Shown one piece after another: positions 1 through 14,114 of a DNA stretch of 64,000 nt. The stretch's first letter is position 1. Every line of letters begins with the position of its first letter. The notes beneath the pieces are model-generated. The model ran no database searches, was not told where the DNA came from, and saw only the letters and a program-made list of their open reading frames with translations. Made by a program: the position numbers and the translations under genes. Source of the stretch: Octopus vulgaris (Eukaryota). Location: NCBI GenBank assembly GCA_951406725.2, contig OX597829.1, positions 18,910,001 to 18,974,000 of the forward strand, read 5' to 3'.

Positions 1-495
1 AAGCACACCAACACTGGTTGTCATGTGGGGGTGGGGAATACACACACACATGCCATTGTTTTTCCTGTGTCGGCTCCCTTTCTTATTACTCAAAAGTAAC
101 CAGAAACATTCTCTGTGGGACAAGGCCATTGTAATTCAGTCCTCCACCACTAGAAGCCACTTGATGCAACCCTTAGGCATCAGTCTGCTGATTGGCGGCA
201 TTGGGTGAAATTGTACTGTCACATGGTTCATCTTTGTTTTACAGTGTTTCTCCCCTGTTTGTCAAATTTTGAAAGTGTGCTTACAAAGAATAAGTCCTGC
301 GGTAGATTTGCTTGACTAAAAGCGGTGTTCCAGCATGGCCACGGTCAAATGACAGAAACAAGTAAAGGAATAAAAGAAAGAATAAATACATACATATATA
401 TGTGTGTGTGTATGCATATGTTCATGTATATATACATATCTATATATATATACACACATATATACAAATATATATACACACATACATATATATAT

Positions 496-581
<86 letters not shown>

Positions 582-789
582 CTCTCTCTTTCGGAGAGGC
601 ACTGAGCAGCTATATGCACACATACACACACGGCAGTAACTTCCACCTACCGAATTCAATCACAAAGCTCTGGTCGGCTCGGGGCTATAGTGGAAGACAC
701 CAACCCAAAGTGCCACGCAGTGGGACTGAACCCACAACCATGTAGCTAGGAAGCAAGTTACCTAACCACACAGCTATGCCCGCGCCTAC

Positions 790-820
<31 letters not shown>

Positions 821-1162
821 TATATATGTATATACATGTGTATATACCTACACACACACAAACGTTCTGTTTGCATAAAACACAAGAGGTAGATCATAGG
901 TTTCTGCAATCAGAGACGACAAAGTGCTGATAAACAACAACAACAACAACTTCAACTCTTAGGTGGGATTTTAGGACTTTGTATAGTTTCGTTTGATTGT
1001 TTTTTTACTTGGTCATGACACCTTGATTAATTAAATGGTGTACACAAGTAATTATCCAATTTTATAACCCTAATACCCAGTATGTTGAATTGAGCACACT
1101 AAATTTTTTATTTCTGTACTTTTAAGAATATCTCTACACTATATCTTCATGTTTATGCATAG

Positions 1163-1224
1163 GCAACAACTGACTTGATGACAGGAATTTTGCCAGAAGT
1201 GTGTAGAAAAATCTGTCCACTCTG
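1163..1224 (+). CDS. Candidate internal exon of an unidentified host gene (ATTDLMTGILPEVCRKICPL+TG; phase 0 to 2)
   Basis: ttatgcatag acceptor and CTG|gtgagt donor. Only one of three frames is open, and the sequence is non-repetitive. Confidence 0.55.
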
Positions 1225-1449
1225 GTGAGTATTCAGTGAACTGGAAAAAATTGAGTAAAAGATCATTTTAACCTCAGGCAACCTAGTGTAGGCAGCCTTC
1301 CGCTGCTTTTTCTAGAAAGAAAGAAAAAAATTGGAGAAAAATTTATTTCCATCTGTTGTAAAGTATTTGTTTGTCTGTGTGCACACGCATGCGTGTGTGT
1401 ATTTGTGTGATTGACTGCATGTGTATGTGTATATATATGAGTGTGTGTG

Positions 1450-1563
<114 letters not shown>

Positions 1564-1731
1564 AACAAATTCAAGGGTAAAAATTATTAAAAATAATCTA
1601 TATCAGTGGTTAGCATGCGTAAAAAAAGTCAGGAGACATAAATAATAATATATATGAGTGTATAAAAATATATACACTGCATGTAAGAAGTCCACATAGT
1701 GGTCTTCTCCGTGTATAAATTTTTATACACT

Positions 1732-1774
<43 letters not shown>

Positions 1775-2136
1775 ACATGTATGTGTGTGTGTTTAAGTGA
1801 ATAAGTTTGAGTTTCATGTGCTTATGAAATTTACTATTTATTTGTGGTATGTGTAGGAGTGATTTGAAAACTAAATCTTGGATTGAACTTGCTTAGCAGT
1901 TCACTTCCTCATCATAACATGTAGTACTTCTCATCTCACTTTGGTAATGATCAAACATATCACATAAGAACAAGAAGCCAGAGATATTTAGAAGTAATAA
2001 AGCGGGAAGATATGATGCTGATGTATATCATAGTGAAGAGGTGTATTGTCACATGTGAAGTAGGAGAGTTAAGCAGGAATTAAAACCGAGCCACAGATTC
2101 AGTCGATTGGAAGCTTATGCTTACCTTCTGTTGCAG

Positions 2137-2178
2137 TAATGGCAACCATAAGATATGCATGTCAGCAGTAACATTGCT
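2137..2178 (+). CDS. Weak candidate exon ((C)NGNHKICMSAVTL(L); phase 2 to 2)
   Basis: ttaccttctgttgcag acceptor and GCT|gtatgt donor, in phase with the 1163-1224 exon. The following intron would be only 69 nt. Confidence 0.3.
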
Positions 2179-2247
2179 GTATGTGTTGTTGTTGTTGTTG
2201 TCGTTGTTGTTGTTTAATGTTTGTGGAGAATGAAAATATCTTTCTAG

Positions 2248-2315
2248 GACTGTGTTTCAAAATGATAAGTACCATACATACAAGCAATTAACAGAAGCTT
2301 TATTTACTGCATATG
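2248..2315 (+). CDS. Weak candidate exon (TVFQNDKYHTYKQLTEALFTAY; phase 2 to 1)
   Basis: atctttctag acceptor and an open frame that bridges the phase between the 1163 and 14115 exons. The donor ATG|gtgttt is weak. Confidence 0.35.
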
Positions 2316-2509
2316 GTGTTTTCTGTTTTGGAAAAATAACAATGAAAATTTCTGTAGCTGTGTGCTAAGAAGATTACTTCCGAACCACACGGTTACGGGT
2401 TCAGTCCCACTGCATAGCACCTTGGGCAAGTGTCTTCTACTGTAGCCTTGGGCGGAATGCCTTGTGAGTGGACTTGGTAGATGGAAACTGAAAGAAGCCC
2501 ATCATATAT

Positions 2510-3950
2510 CTTATCTTATATATAATAAAGCAGAAGATGTGTGTGTGTGTGTGTACAGGCCTTTTTTTTTTTGATTTCCCTTAAAATCAATATTTTTCAT
2601 CTGATTTCATTCATGTTGGGAACATACATCACTTGTGTTCCAGAGATGGTCATAGACTCTTCAAATTTTCTACATAGTTAGTAATGCCACCCCTAGGGGA
2701 AGAAAATACCTTTTCATAAGTAAATAACAAATGCTAATGATTGTTGCTTCAAGGGACATTACTCTTAATGATGTAGTTATGCTACTTTCACTTCATCTTC
2801 TATTACAGTTTTTACAATGCCCATTCACTGCAAACCACCACTATTTGCACATTAGCACTTCCTTGAAGTAGCCATGCAATTTAAATCACTTTTAATTATT
2901 TTTTAAATGCCTTCAGAAAATAATCCATATTGTATATATTCTCTGCTTTTATTCATACAAACTTGTGACAATTATACAGTTTTTATAATGCCCATTCACT
3001 GCAAACTGCCAATATTTGCATGTTAGCAGGGTTGTTATTGCACATACAAATGCAACTGTCACCACTCATAACTATGACTTACTCAGTAAGCTACCTTCTC
3101 AAGAACGTTACAGATCAGTTGATACCGCTACTGACCTCAATCAGGTTAAACACTTTCCAACAGAATTTCTCAACTCCCAACCTCCTCCAGGACTCCCTCC
3201 TCATGAACTTCACTTAAAAGTTGGTTGCCCTGTCATCTTCTTATGTAATCTAAGTGTACCCACACTATGCAATGGAACTCACCTTGTGGTCAAACAAATA
3301 GATCACATCATTGAAGCCAAAATTTTCATAGGACTCTGGGAAAAGCAATACTGTTTTTATTCCGAAAATTCTGCTAACCCCAACAGACTGCTGTTACTAT
3401 ATGCAGAGACTTCAGTTCCCTCTGAAACTCAGTTTCACCATGACAATTAACAAGGCACAAGGTCCAATCACTAAAAGTAGTCGAATTGGACTTTCAAACA
3501 TCATGCTTTTCACATGGACATTTCTACATCAGTTGTTCCAGAGTTGGCCATCCAGATAACTTATTCATTTATGCTCCTGAAGGAAAAACCAAAAATGTTG
3601 TCTTACAAAACAGCCCTACATTAGTTACTCTTCTACTGCAATCTTCACATCTATGCCAAACTGTAGCTGTTATCAATTAGACCTCCTGCAAGCATTTCAT
3701 TGATATTTTGCTTCATTTCCCTGATTGCTGTAAACAGTACATTACCTTCAGTGATCCTTCTTGCTTCACACACACTGTTCGCTCATAAGCATGCTCTGAC
3801 ATTTATTTTTGTACATGTCATCATTCTCTTTGCGTGTTTCCTATAAATGTTTGCTTTTCTTTATCATACATATCTTTCATTGAAAAAAACAAAAAAAGAA
3901 AAACTTCAATGAAGTTGTGTCAGGCATTACAAGAAAAATAAGTACATGAA
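2510..3950 (+). mobile_element. Decayed Helitron-derived region with a PIF1-like helicase C-terminal remnant at about 3040-3605 (frameshifted)
   Basis: Peptides FPTEFLNS..PPGLPPHELHLKVGCPV..LCNGT, QFPLKLSFTMTINKAQG and CFSHGHFYISCSRV..KTKNVV match RepHel helicase motifs. Outer boundaries are uncertain. Confidence 0.8.
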
Positions 3951-4149
3951 ACAAAACACTTCAAGTAAGATATAGGATCCTTAGTATCTGCTGCAATAGC
4001 AATCTCGTTTCATGAACTCTTATTTATTACTAACTGCCAAATTTGTGTTCAAAACACTTTAGTCATGACCTGACATAATATATATACATATATACATACA
4101 ACATATACAGATATACATATATACATATATATACATGTATATATATGTA

Positions 4150-4199
<50 letters not shown>

Positions 4200-4201
<2 letters not shown>

Positions 4202-5040
4202 AGCTCGCAAGAAATGAAGCCAGTATGCTCCGATGGATGTGTAATGACAGTGTTCATGCTCGACAGAGTGTAAGTACCTTGAGAGAAAAGTTGGACCTAA
4301 GAAGCATCAGTTGTGGTGTGCAAGAGAGACGTTTGCGCTGGTATGGTCATGTAGCGAGAATGGATGAAGATAGTTGTGTGAAAAAGTGCCACACCCTGGC
4401 GGTTGAGGGAACCTGTGGAAGAGGTAGACCCAGGAAAACCTGGGATGAGGTGGTGAAGAACGACCTTCGAACTTTAGGTCTCACCGAGGAAATGACCAGA
4501 AACCGAGACCTTTGGAAGTATGCTGTGCGTGGGAAGACCCAGCAGGACAAGTGAGACCATAACCCGTGGCCTCTACCTGGGACGTAGCCAGCCCACTTAT
4601 GCATACCGTTCCTTCTTGTAACACAAACCCTACTTGTGAAGACCTGTTGAGGCAAGTGAAAATCAAAATCGAAATCGAAATCTTTCAACATCAATGGAAA
4701 TTGTAGCTGAGATACCAGTGCCGGTGGCACATAAGAGAACCATCCGAACATGGCCGTTGCCAGTGCTGCCCCAACTGGCCCCCATGCTGGTGGCACGTAA
4801 AAAGCACCATCCGATCGTGGCCGTTTGCTAGCCTCGTCCGGCACCTGTGCAGGTGGCACATAAAAAGCACCCACTACACTCTCGGAGTGGTTGGCGTTAG
4901 GAAGGGCATCCAGCTGTAGAAACACTGCCAGATCAGACTGGAGCCTGGTGCAGCCTCCTGGCTTCCCAGATCCCAGTTAAACCGTCCAACCCATGCTAGC
5001 ATGGAAAACGGACGTTAAATGATGATGATGATGATGATGA
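4200..5040 (+). mobile_element. RTE-like LINE, 5'-truncated: ORF C-terminus (stop at 4554), 3'UTR and (GAT)n tail
   Basis: RRLRWYGHVARM...GRGRPRKTW motif. Near-identical to the copies at 49769 and 55098. Confidence 0.9.
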
Positions 5041-6390
5041 AATATGTATGTATATATATATATATATATATGTATATAATTCAGATTTATAGAAAAACAA
5101 AGACAAAGACATAAAGACACACACATCTTTGTTATCATGATATACTTATATATATATATGTATATCATTCGCCATGTTGGACCACTGAACTCAACACATT
5201 CTTTTTTCATTCTCTCTCTGCTTATTTTCTCCATTTTTTCCAAGCATGAAACTAATATACCAGCTGGTATATTAGTTTCATGTTTGGAAAAATATATAAG
5301 TATATCATGATGACAAAGATGTGTGTGTGTGTGTGTGTGTGTGTGTATCTTTATGTCTGTTTCCCACCACCACTTGACAACTGCTGTTGGTGTATTTACA
5401 TTCCTGTAACTTAGTTGTTCAGCCAAAGAGACTGATAGAATAAGTATTGAACACTGGGATCAATTTGTTTGACTAAAATTGTTCAAGGCAGTACCCCAGC
5501 ATGGCCGCAGTCTAATGACTGAAACAAATGAAAGAAAAGATAAAAGAAGAGGTTAAGTTGATTACATTCACCCCAGTATTCAACTGGTACTTATTTTATT
5601 GTTGACTTCAAATAGATGAAAGGTTAAGATGACCTCAGTAGAATTTGAACTCAGAACATGAAGATGGACAAAATGCTTGCTAAGTATTTTTCCAGGCACA
5701 GAAATGATTCTGCCAGCTCACCAAAGATGAACAAAGTGCTTTATTTTATCAACCCTAAAGGATGAAAGATAAAGTGTACCTAGGCGGGATTTGAACTCTG
5801 AATGTGAAGTGTGTCATATAAGGAAATACTTGCATGACGTTTTGGTTCCAGCACTCCAAGATTCTGTTAATCCATTCTGCCACCACAGCCAGTGTTACTC
5901 ATATATATAATAATAGTTTCCACTTTTGGCACAAGAGTCGGAAGTAAGTCGATTACATCACGCCCCCTGCCACTCCAACTCCCTCATTGTTCAACTGGTA
6001 CTTATTTTATTGTTGACCTCTTGAAAGAATGAAAAGGTAAAGTCGACTTCAGCAGAATTTGAACTCAGAATCAAAAGATCGGTGAATAACACTAAGCATT
6101 TTGCCCAGCATGCTAACAATTCTGCCAGCTTGCTGCCTTACTGCTACTAATGCTGCTACTACTTCTCCCACCACCACCACCACCACCATCAGGCGTAGGT
6201 GTGGTTGTGTGGCACCTTGGACAAGTGTCTTCTACTATAGCCTTGGGCCACCAAAGCCTTGTGAGTGTATTTAGTAGATGGAAACTGAAAGAAGCCTGTT
6301 CTGTGCATATATGTGTATATATATATATATAACTTACTTGAATGTGTGGCATTCAATTAAATAATAATATAAGATATATATATATATATA

Positions 6391-6774
6391 CTAGCAGTAT
6401 CGCCCGGCGTTGCTCAGGTTTGTAAGGGAAATAACTATAAAGCATTTTTAGAGAGTTATAGCCAAAAAATAGCAAAAAAATGGGAAAAAAATGATGGTAA
6501 ATTTTTTTTGAGAGTTAAAAAAGGTGGAGTTGCGTCCCCTAGACGGTCTGTGGTTTGGGTTTCTGATTCTCGACCCCATGTCGAATTTATCGATTTTTTT
6601 CAGAACTGGGGGAACTTTTCAAAATTTTCGCTGCGTTAGTTTTGAATTATGACATTGGGCTATGTGTGTGTCAAGTTTCATCAGAATCGGTTGAAAGCCG
6701 TGGTCAGGGTGAGGGTACGAGAAAACAGACACACAGAAAACGCACAGACAAACTGCCGTTTATATAGAGAGAGA
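6391..6774 (-). mobile_element. Non-autonomous Helitron
   Basis: Minus strand begins TC and ends in a GC-rich hairpin (cctgagcaacgccggg) plus CTAG. Inserted between A and T with no TSD. Confidence 0.85.
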
Positions 6775-6778
6775 TATA

Positions 6779-6813
<35 letters not shown>

Positions 6814-6823
6814 GCATATATGT

Positions 6824-7233
6824 GTACAGGACATCACCAACTGGGTATGCAACATGAAGTATGAAAGCAAACAAGTTAAATACGCAAACAACGAGGGAAA
6901 AAAATGGAAAACGGGACAAGTAACACAAAGAATGACCCTTCATCATTTGTTGGCTGTCTACCTACTCCTCATTTTCAGCATTCAATGACAATATAAGTCT
7001 TTGAAGACAGTTGCTCCCATGAATTCTAAAATAAACTTTAGAATTTATGGAGGGTCAAAGCTGGGAACAAAAACAGGACAGTGGAGACATACAAGGAAAC
7101 CGAACAAAAACAAACATGGGGTGTTGTTAGACCAGAACGAGAGGAAAATAGTTTTCCATTTTTTCTCTTGTTGTTTGTGTATTTGTTTGTTTTCATACTT
7201 CATGTTGTTTACACAGTTGGTGATGTCCTGTAC
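6824..7233. repeat. Foldback element with ~85-bp imperfect terminal inverted repeats
   Basis: gtacaggacatcaccaactg ... cagttggtgatgtcctgtac, embedded in (TA)n. Confidence 0.8.
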
Positions 7234-7271
7234 CCATATATGCATATATATATATATATTATTATATACCG

Positions 7272-7486
7272 TTTTACTCTTTTACTTGTTTCAGTCATTT
7301 GACTGTGGCCATGCTGGAGCCCTGCCTTTAGTCGAGCAAATCGACCACAGGACTTATTCTTTGTAAGCTTAGTACTTATTCTATTGGTCTCTTTTGCTGA
7401 ACCGCTAAGTTATGGGAACGTAAACACACCAGCATCGGTTGTCAAGCGATGTTGGGGGGACAAACACAGGCACACAAACGTATACC

Positions 7487-7529
<43 letters not shown>

Positions 7530-7702
7530 CATATATATGACAGGCTTCTTTCAGTTTCTGTCTACCAAATCCACTCACAAGGCTTTGGTTGGCCTGGGGC
7601 TATAGTAGAAGACACTTGCCCAAGGTGCTACGCAGTGGGACTGAACCCAGAACCATGTGGTTCGTAAGCAAGCTACTTACCACACAGCCACTCCTACGCC
7701 TA
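7272..7702 (-). mobile_element. tRNA-derived SINE family A, full length
   Basis: A-box-like tggctgtgtggt and B-box-like ggttcagtccc head, internal microsatellite, and (AAAGAGTA)-like tail. Confidence 0.85.
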
Positions 7703-9326
7703 ATATATGTATGTATATATATATATATGTATATATATATGTATGTATATATTTGTGTTGTGTCTGTGTTTGTCCCTCTCCCACCCCCACCCATTGCTTG
7801 ACAACCGATGTTGGTGTGTTTATGTCCCCATAACTTAGCCGTTTGGCAAAAGAGACTTAGGCTTACAAAGACTAAGTCTTGGGGTCGATATGTTCGACTA
7901 AAACCCCCTTAAGGCGGTGCTCCAACATGGCTGCAGTCACATGACTGAAACAAATATAACAACAAAAGAATAATAACGGTCATCAATTTCAGAGGAGGAG
8001 CTAAGTTGATCACATCCCACACCCAACCACCACCAATGTTCAACTGGTACCTATTTTATTGTTGTCTCCAGAAGAATGGACAGGCAAATACGACTTTGGT
8101 AGAATTCGAACTCACAGCATAAAGACGGACGAAATGCCAAAATGCCACTAAGCGCTTTTGCCTGGCATTCTAACAATTCCGCAAGCTCACTGCCTTCACT
8201 CAGTGATATAATAATGCATTCACAGAGTAGGTCACCGATTCATAAGAACAATTGCCTTTATATCTACAGTGTAAAAAAAATGTGCATTAATATTATCGGA
8301 ACAGCTGGTGTAAAATGACAAACAAGTAACTGGTTCACTTAGGAACAATTTTTTTTCTTTTTTTATTTATTACAGAGAACAATTTACTAACTCACCTCGT
8401 ATATTTCCACAGACCACCCACCCATACCTCTATTATCTCATGACTGTTTGTCTTATCTATAACTTCTTTCACTCGCTGACACATTTCTCTTTCATTATCT
8501 ACCCTCACACTTGCATATCCTTCTTTCTACCCAACTCATTACATACACACACACACACACACACACATCCATTCTCAAGGTTTCTTAAGTTTAGGCAGGA
8601 CCAGTGTTATTAGTTCTAAGGTGGATGAGGAGAAGGAAACGGGGAGGGGGAAGCCATTTCTTTCTTTTTTTTTTCTAATTTCTTGGGTTTTTTGTTGTGC
8701 ATTTAAAATGAAATCTAAGAAAAATAGTATAAAATAAATAACAATTTGACTTGTTATTTCCTGTTACTATTTCGACATTTAGTATATATGGTTTCTTCCT
8801 ACATATATCATTGTCATAATAAAAGATAATCTGTCACATAATATGTATTACAAACACCGGGTCACATTTGGTATCAGCACCCATTATTGCTGATAACAAC
8901 ATCACGATCACCGATGGATGTCATCATCATATCCGTCACTGCTATCCTTCAAGGATCACCGCCTCCACCGCCACCACCGCCTCCACCGCCTCCATCTCTA
9001 CCATCATAATCACTACCACCGCCATCGATCCACCCCCACCTCCAAGCAATAACTATGATAAAAAAAAATGACATTACCACCAACACTTCCCACGCTAACA
9101 CCATCATAATCACTACCACTACCATCAATCTACCCCACCTCCAACAATAAGAGTAACCCCCAAGCCTCCAGCCTTTACCACCAGCACCTCCACCACTACC
9201 AACATCATCACAATCATATTACCATCATTGCCTACATTGTCATCATCATCATCATCATCGTCATCATCATTTCATTTTATAAAAACAACAACAACAATAA
9301 TTCTTTTTTACTTTTATGATAATAAT

Positions 9327-9890
9327 AATGCAGTACCAGGCAGTGGTTCTCATGGCTTCTGATCTTAACTGATTGGAAGTGTTATCATGTACATTGTTTT
9401 GTCTTGGTATAAAAGATGGGCTACAGCAAATATTCTGCTCAATACCACAGATTTGCTTGTCAGTTGTTTGACCGTAACCAGTTGAGCATGTCCCTTAGAG
9501 GCTGATGATATGTGCATCTCTGATCATGAGCAGAAGTAGTGGGGGAGCACCATGTGTTGAAAGGAATCCTTGGATGTTTGGATAATTCACCTCTGGAAAC
9601 ATGGGTGTTTCGTTCAACATCCTTATACAACCCTTATTCAGGGACCTTTTGAGTGGGATTGGCTACTCGACCTGAAGAAAATTCTAACCCCCACCCCCCA
9701 CTGCCCCAGTTGCAAGGTCATGCAATGTTTATCTTGATATGAGATCACCATGTCGCACACATTTGGTTGTGATGCATGTGCCTGGTGTACCCTTATCAGA
9801 TGGGTAGTCATTATGAGTATACTGGGCTTTGTATATTTTACCCCAGTGTCACTTTGATGGCATGCACTGCTCCCTCACTCGATAATAATG

Positions 9891-9945
<55 letters not shown>

Positions 9946-10504
9946 CTGCCCTGATGCAGTACCAGACAGTAGCTCTCATGGCTTCTGATCTTAACTGATT
10001 GGAAGTGTTATCATGTACATTGTTTTGTCTTGGTATAAAAGATGGGCTACAGCAAATATTCTGCTCAATACCACAGATTTGCTTGTCAGTTGTTTGACCT
10101 TAACCAGTTGGTTGAGCATGTCCCTTGGTGGCTGACAATATGTGCATCTCTGATCATGAGCAGAAGTAGTGGGGGAGCTTCATAGCCATGTGTTAAAAGG
10201 AATTCTTAGAGGTTTGGATAATTCACCTTTGGAAACATGGGTGGTTCATTCAACATCCTTAAACAATCCTTATTCAGGGACCTTTTGAGCGGGATTGGCT
10301 ACTCGACCTGAAGAAAATTCTAGCTGGACCCCCACCTGCAAGGTCAAGCACTGTTTATCTTGATATGAGATCACCATGTCGTGCACATATGGTTGCACAT
10401 ATGGTTGTGATGCATGTGCCTAGTGTACCCTTATCAGACGGGTAATCATGATGGGTATACTGGGCTTCGTATATTTTACCCCAGTATTCTCTGCTCTTTC
10501 ACTC
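9327..10504. repeat. Two tandem ~555-bp copies of an interspersed repeat separated by (AAT)n
   Basis: 9327-9882 and 9948-10504 align along their length with scattered differences. Confidence 0.85.
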
Positions 10505-10508
10505 AATA

Positions 10509-10540
<32 letters not shown>

Positions 10541-10840
10541 GATGGTGGTGGTGGTGGTGGTGGTGGTAGTGGCGGCGGCGGCGGCTGTGGTGATGATGAT
10601 GATGATAATGATCCTTTCTGCTATATGTACAAGGCCTGAAATTTGAGTGAATGGAGCTAGTCAATTACATTGACCCTAATAGTCAACTGGTACTTGTTTT
10701 AACAACCCTTGGCTGAATTTGAACTCAGACTTTAGGGACAGATAAAATGCCACTAAGCATTTTGCCCAGTGTGTTAATGATGACCTCGATGGAGTTTGAA
10801 CTGATGATGTTGTCTATCCATATAGCTATTTATCTATCTG

Positions 10841-10896
<56 letters not shown>

Positions 10897-11364
10897 CATA
10901 TCATCATTATTATTTAATGTCCATTGTCCATTCTGGCATGGGTTGGATGATTTGACTGATGCTGTTAAGCTGGAAGGCTGCATCAAATTCTAATCTGATT
11001 TGGCATGGTTTTCTATGGCTTCCTAATGCCAACCACTCTGAGAGTGTAATGAGTGCTTTTACATGCCACCAGTACAGGTGCTATTTGCATGACACCGATA
11101 CCTGCCATGACTGTGATTTTGCTCAGTATGATGGGTCTCCTTCTCATGCCAAAGATCTTAGTCATTGCCTCCATGAGGCTTATTGTTTGAAAGGAACTCT
11201 GCCACCTCACCTTCGTGAGGTCCAACACTTGAAAGGAGCTCAGCTACTTTGCCTCTGTGAAGCCCAACATTCAAAGGTTGATTTTTTTTATGTACCACCG
11301 GAATAGGTGCACTTGGCTTGACAAGTCCTCTTAAATAGAGCACATCGCATTTTATGGGGAGTCA

Positions 11365-12323
11365 ACAGTGGTTCCAGAAATTCCAAGCTGGAAACTATAA
11401 CCTAAAAGATGAGCCTCATCTTGGAAGATCTGTAGAGCTTGACAAGAACGTCCTGCAAACCCTGGTGGAAGAAAATCCCATCGTAACTGTTGAGTAACTA
11501 GCAGAGAAGCTTAGATTTGGTCATTCAATCATTCATCGACACCTGCGTGCCATCAGAAAAGTCAGCAAATTGGGTTTGTGGGTTCCTCACAAACATTCAG
11601 AGTCTAATCACACATACACAGAGTGAATGTGTGCTCTTTGCTGTCACATCTCATGAATGAACCTTTTTTGAACTGAATAGTTATTGGTGATGAGAAATGG
11701 GTTCTCTATAAAAATGTCAAGCACCGACGACAGTGGGTAGGGAAAGGAGAAACACTGGCACCCCAGGTTAAAGAAGTTCTTCCCCCCATGTAAGATGTTG
11801 TTATCTTATTTGGTGGGATATGAAAGGTTTAGTCCACTGAACTTTTAAGCCTAAATGAAATGATAAAAAAAGAGATCTACTGTGAGCAGCTTGGGTGGCT
11901 TAAGTCAGCACTAGAAGAAAAACAACTATCTTTGGTTTCAAGAGGAAGGGTTTCTTCCATCAGGATAATGCTCAGCCACATATAGCAACTATAACATTCC
12001 AAAGGCTGGAGCAGTTTGAATGGGAAATGATGCCCCATCCTCCATATTCGCAGGACATTGCTCCATCTGATTATAATTTATTCCACAGTCTTCAAAATCA
12101 TTTGGATGGAAAAAAATATGAATTCTGTAGACAAGATCAGAACAGTACTGGAGGAGTGTTTTTCATCACAGACAAGTGAATTTTGGAAGAGGGGCCTTGA
12201 AAGTCTACCTGATAGATAGAAGAGCATTGTAGAAAATGAAGGAGAGTATATTTTATATTAAAAAAAGTACTTTGTTTATACTAATTTTGAACAAAAAAAA
12301 TATAGAATTATTTATGGGATGAC

Positions 12324-12329
<6 letters not shown>
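11365..12329 (+). mobile_element. Decayed mariner (DD34D-type) transposase pseudogene with 3' TIR
   Basis: WVPHK, GDEKW, HQDNA and PHPPYSQDIAPSDYNLF motifs. Ends ttatgggatgacccaata followed by (TA)n. The 5' end is missing. Confidence 0.88.
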
Positions 12330-12371
<42 letters not shown>

Positions 12372-12489
12372 CCTGATGCAACTGTCCAGTATGCCAGCCC
12401 AGTCAAACCATCCAAACCCTGCCAGCATGGACAACAGACGTTAAATGATCATGGTGATGATATATATATATGTATTTATATATTTTTAT

Positions 12490-12545
<56 letters not shown>

Positions 12546-12571
12546 AGATATATACATTTATATATTTTTAT

Positions 12572-12628
<57 letters not shown>

Positions 12629-12892
12629 CATATATATATATGTGTATGTATATTTGTATGTTGTATATTTATATATACATATCTATATGTATGCATGTAT
12701 GTGTGTGTTTGTTCTACACCACTACTTTACAGCCAGCGTTGCTATGTTCCCTTCTTTGTAAGCCTAGTACTTATAGTATTGGTCATCTTTGCCAAACCGC
12801 TAAGTTATGAGGATGTAAATCACCAGCATCAGCTGTCAAGCGATGGTGGTGGTGGGGGACAAACAGAGACACACACACGCATAAATACTATA

Positions 12893-13037
12893 ATTTAGGG
12901 CAAATAAACACATGATGCACTCTATATCTTTTTTTCTTTCTTCACTTGCTTACTACTGCTCTTATTTATTTTATGCCCTTTGTCCAGAAATCTTTCAGCA
13001 TATATCTGTGACTTCTTCAGCGACACTTTTCATTTCC

Positions 13038-13093
<56 letters not shown>

Positions 13094-13105
13094 ATATATA
13101 CATAC

Positions 13106-13154
<49 letters not shown>

Positions 13155-13155
13155 C

Positions 13156-13205
<50 letters not shown>

Positions 13206-13217
13206 CATATATATATG

Positions 13218-13254
<37 letters not shown>

Positions 13255-13861
13255 CATACATACATACATACATACACATACACATACTCTCTCTTTTACT
13301 CTTTTACTTGTTTCAGTCATTTGACTGCGGCCATGCTGGAGCACCGCCTTTAATCGAGCAACTCGACCCCAGGACTTATTCTTTTGTAATCCCAGTACTT
13401 ATTCCATCGGTCTCTTTTGCCGAACCGCTAAGTAACGGGGACATAAACACACCAGCATCGGTTGTCAAGCAATGCTAGGGGACAAACACAGACACACAAA
13501 CACACACACGCATATATATATATATATACATATATACGACGGGCTTCTTTCAGTTTCCGTCTACCAAATCCACTCACAAGGCTTTGGTCGGCCCGAGGCT
13601 ATAGTAGAAGACACTTGCCCAAGGTGCCACGCAGTGGGACTGAACCCGGAACCATGTGGTTGGTAGACAAGCTACTTACCACACAACCACTCCTGCGCCT
13701 ATACATATATATATATGGAAATGAAAAGTGTCGCTGAAGAAGTCACAGATATATGCTGAAAGATTTCTGGACAAAGGGCATAAAATAAATAAGAGCAGTA
13801 GTAAGCAAGTGAAGAAAGAAAAAAAGATATAGCGTGCATCATGTGTTTATTTGCCCTAAAT
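12893..13861. repeat. 148-bp near-perfect inverted repeat (12893-13040 / 13714-13861)
   Basis: Arms are reverse complements with one mismatch seen. Confidence 0.95.
13289..13701 (-). mobile_element. SINE family A, full length, lying in the loop of a 148-bp inverted repeat
   Basis: Same consensus as 7272-7702. Confidence 0.85.
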
Positions 13862-14114
13862 ATATAAATGAAATGACCATCCTGAAATACAACAATACAC
13901 ACACACACATACACACACACACACATATATATCAATTTACACACACACTTACCTAAAATATGTGGGTGATCTAAATCTATCTATTTTACAGCTTCTACTC
14001 TAATATATACGTATGAGTATTTCCATTTCAATATATTATATTTTATTCTATTTTACGAAGCGATAATCAAATATATCCTAAGAGCGTTTCTTCAATATAT
14101 GTTGTTTTCAATAG

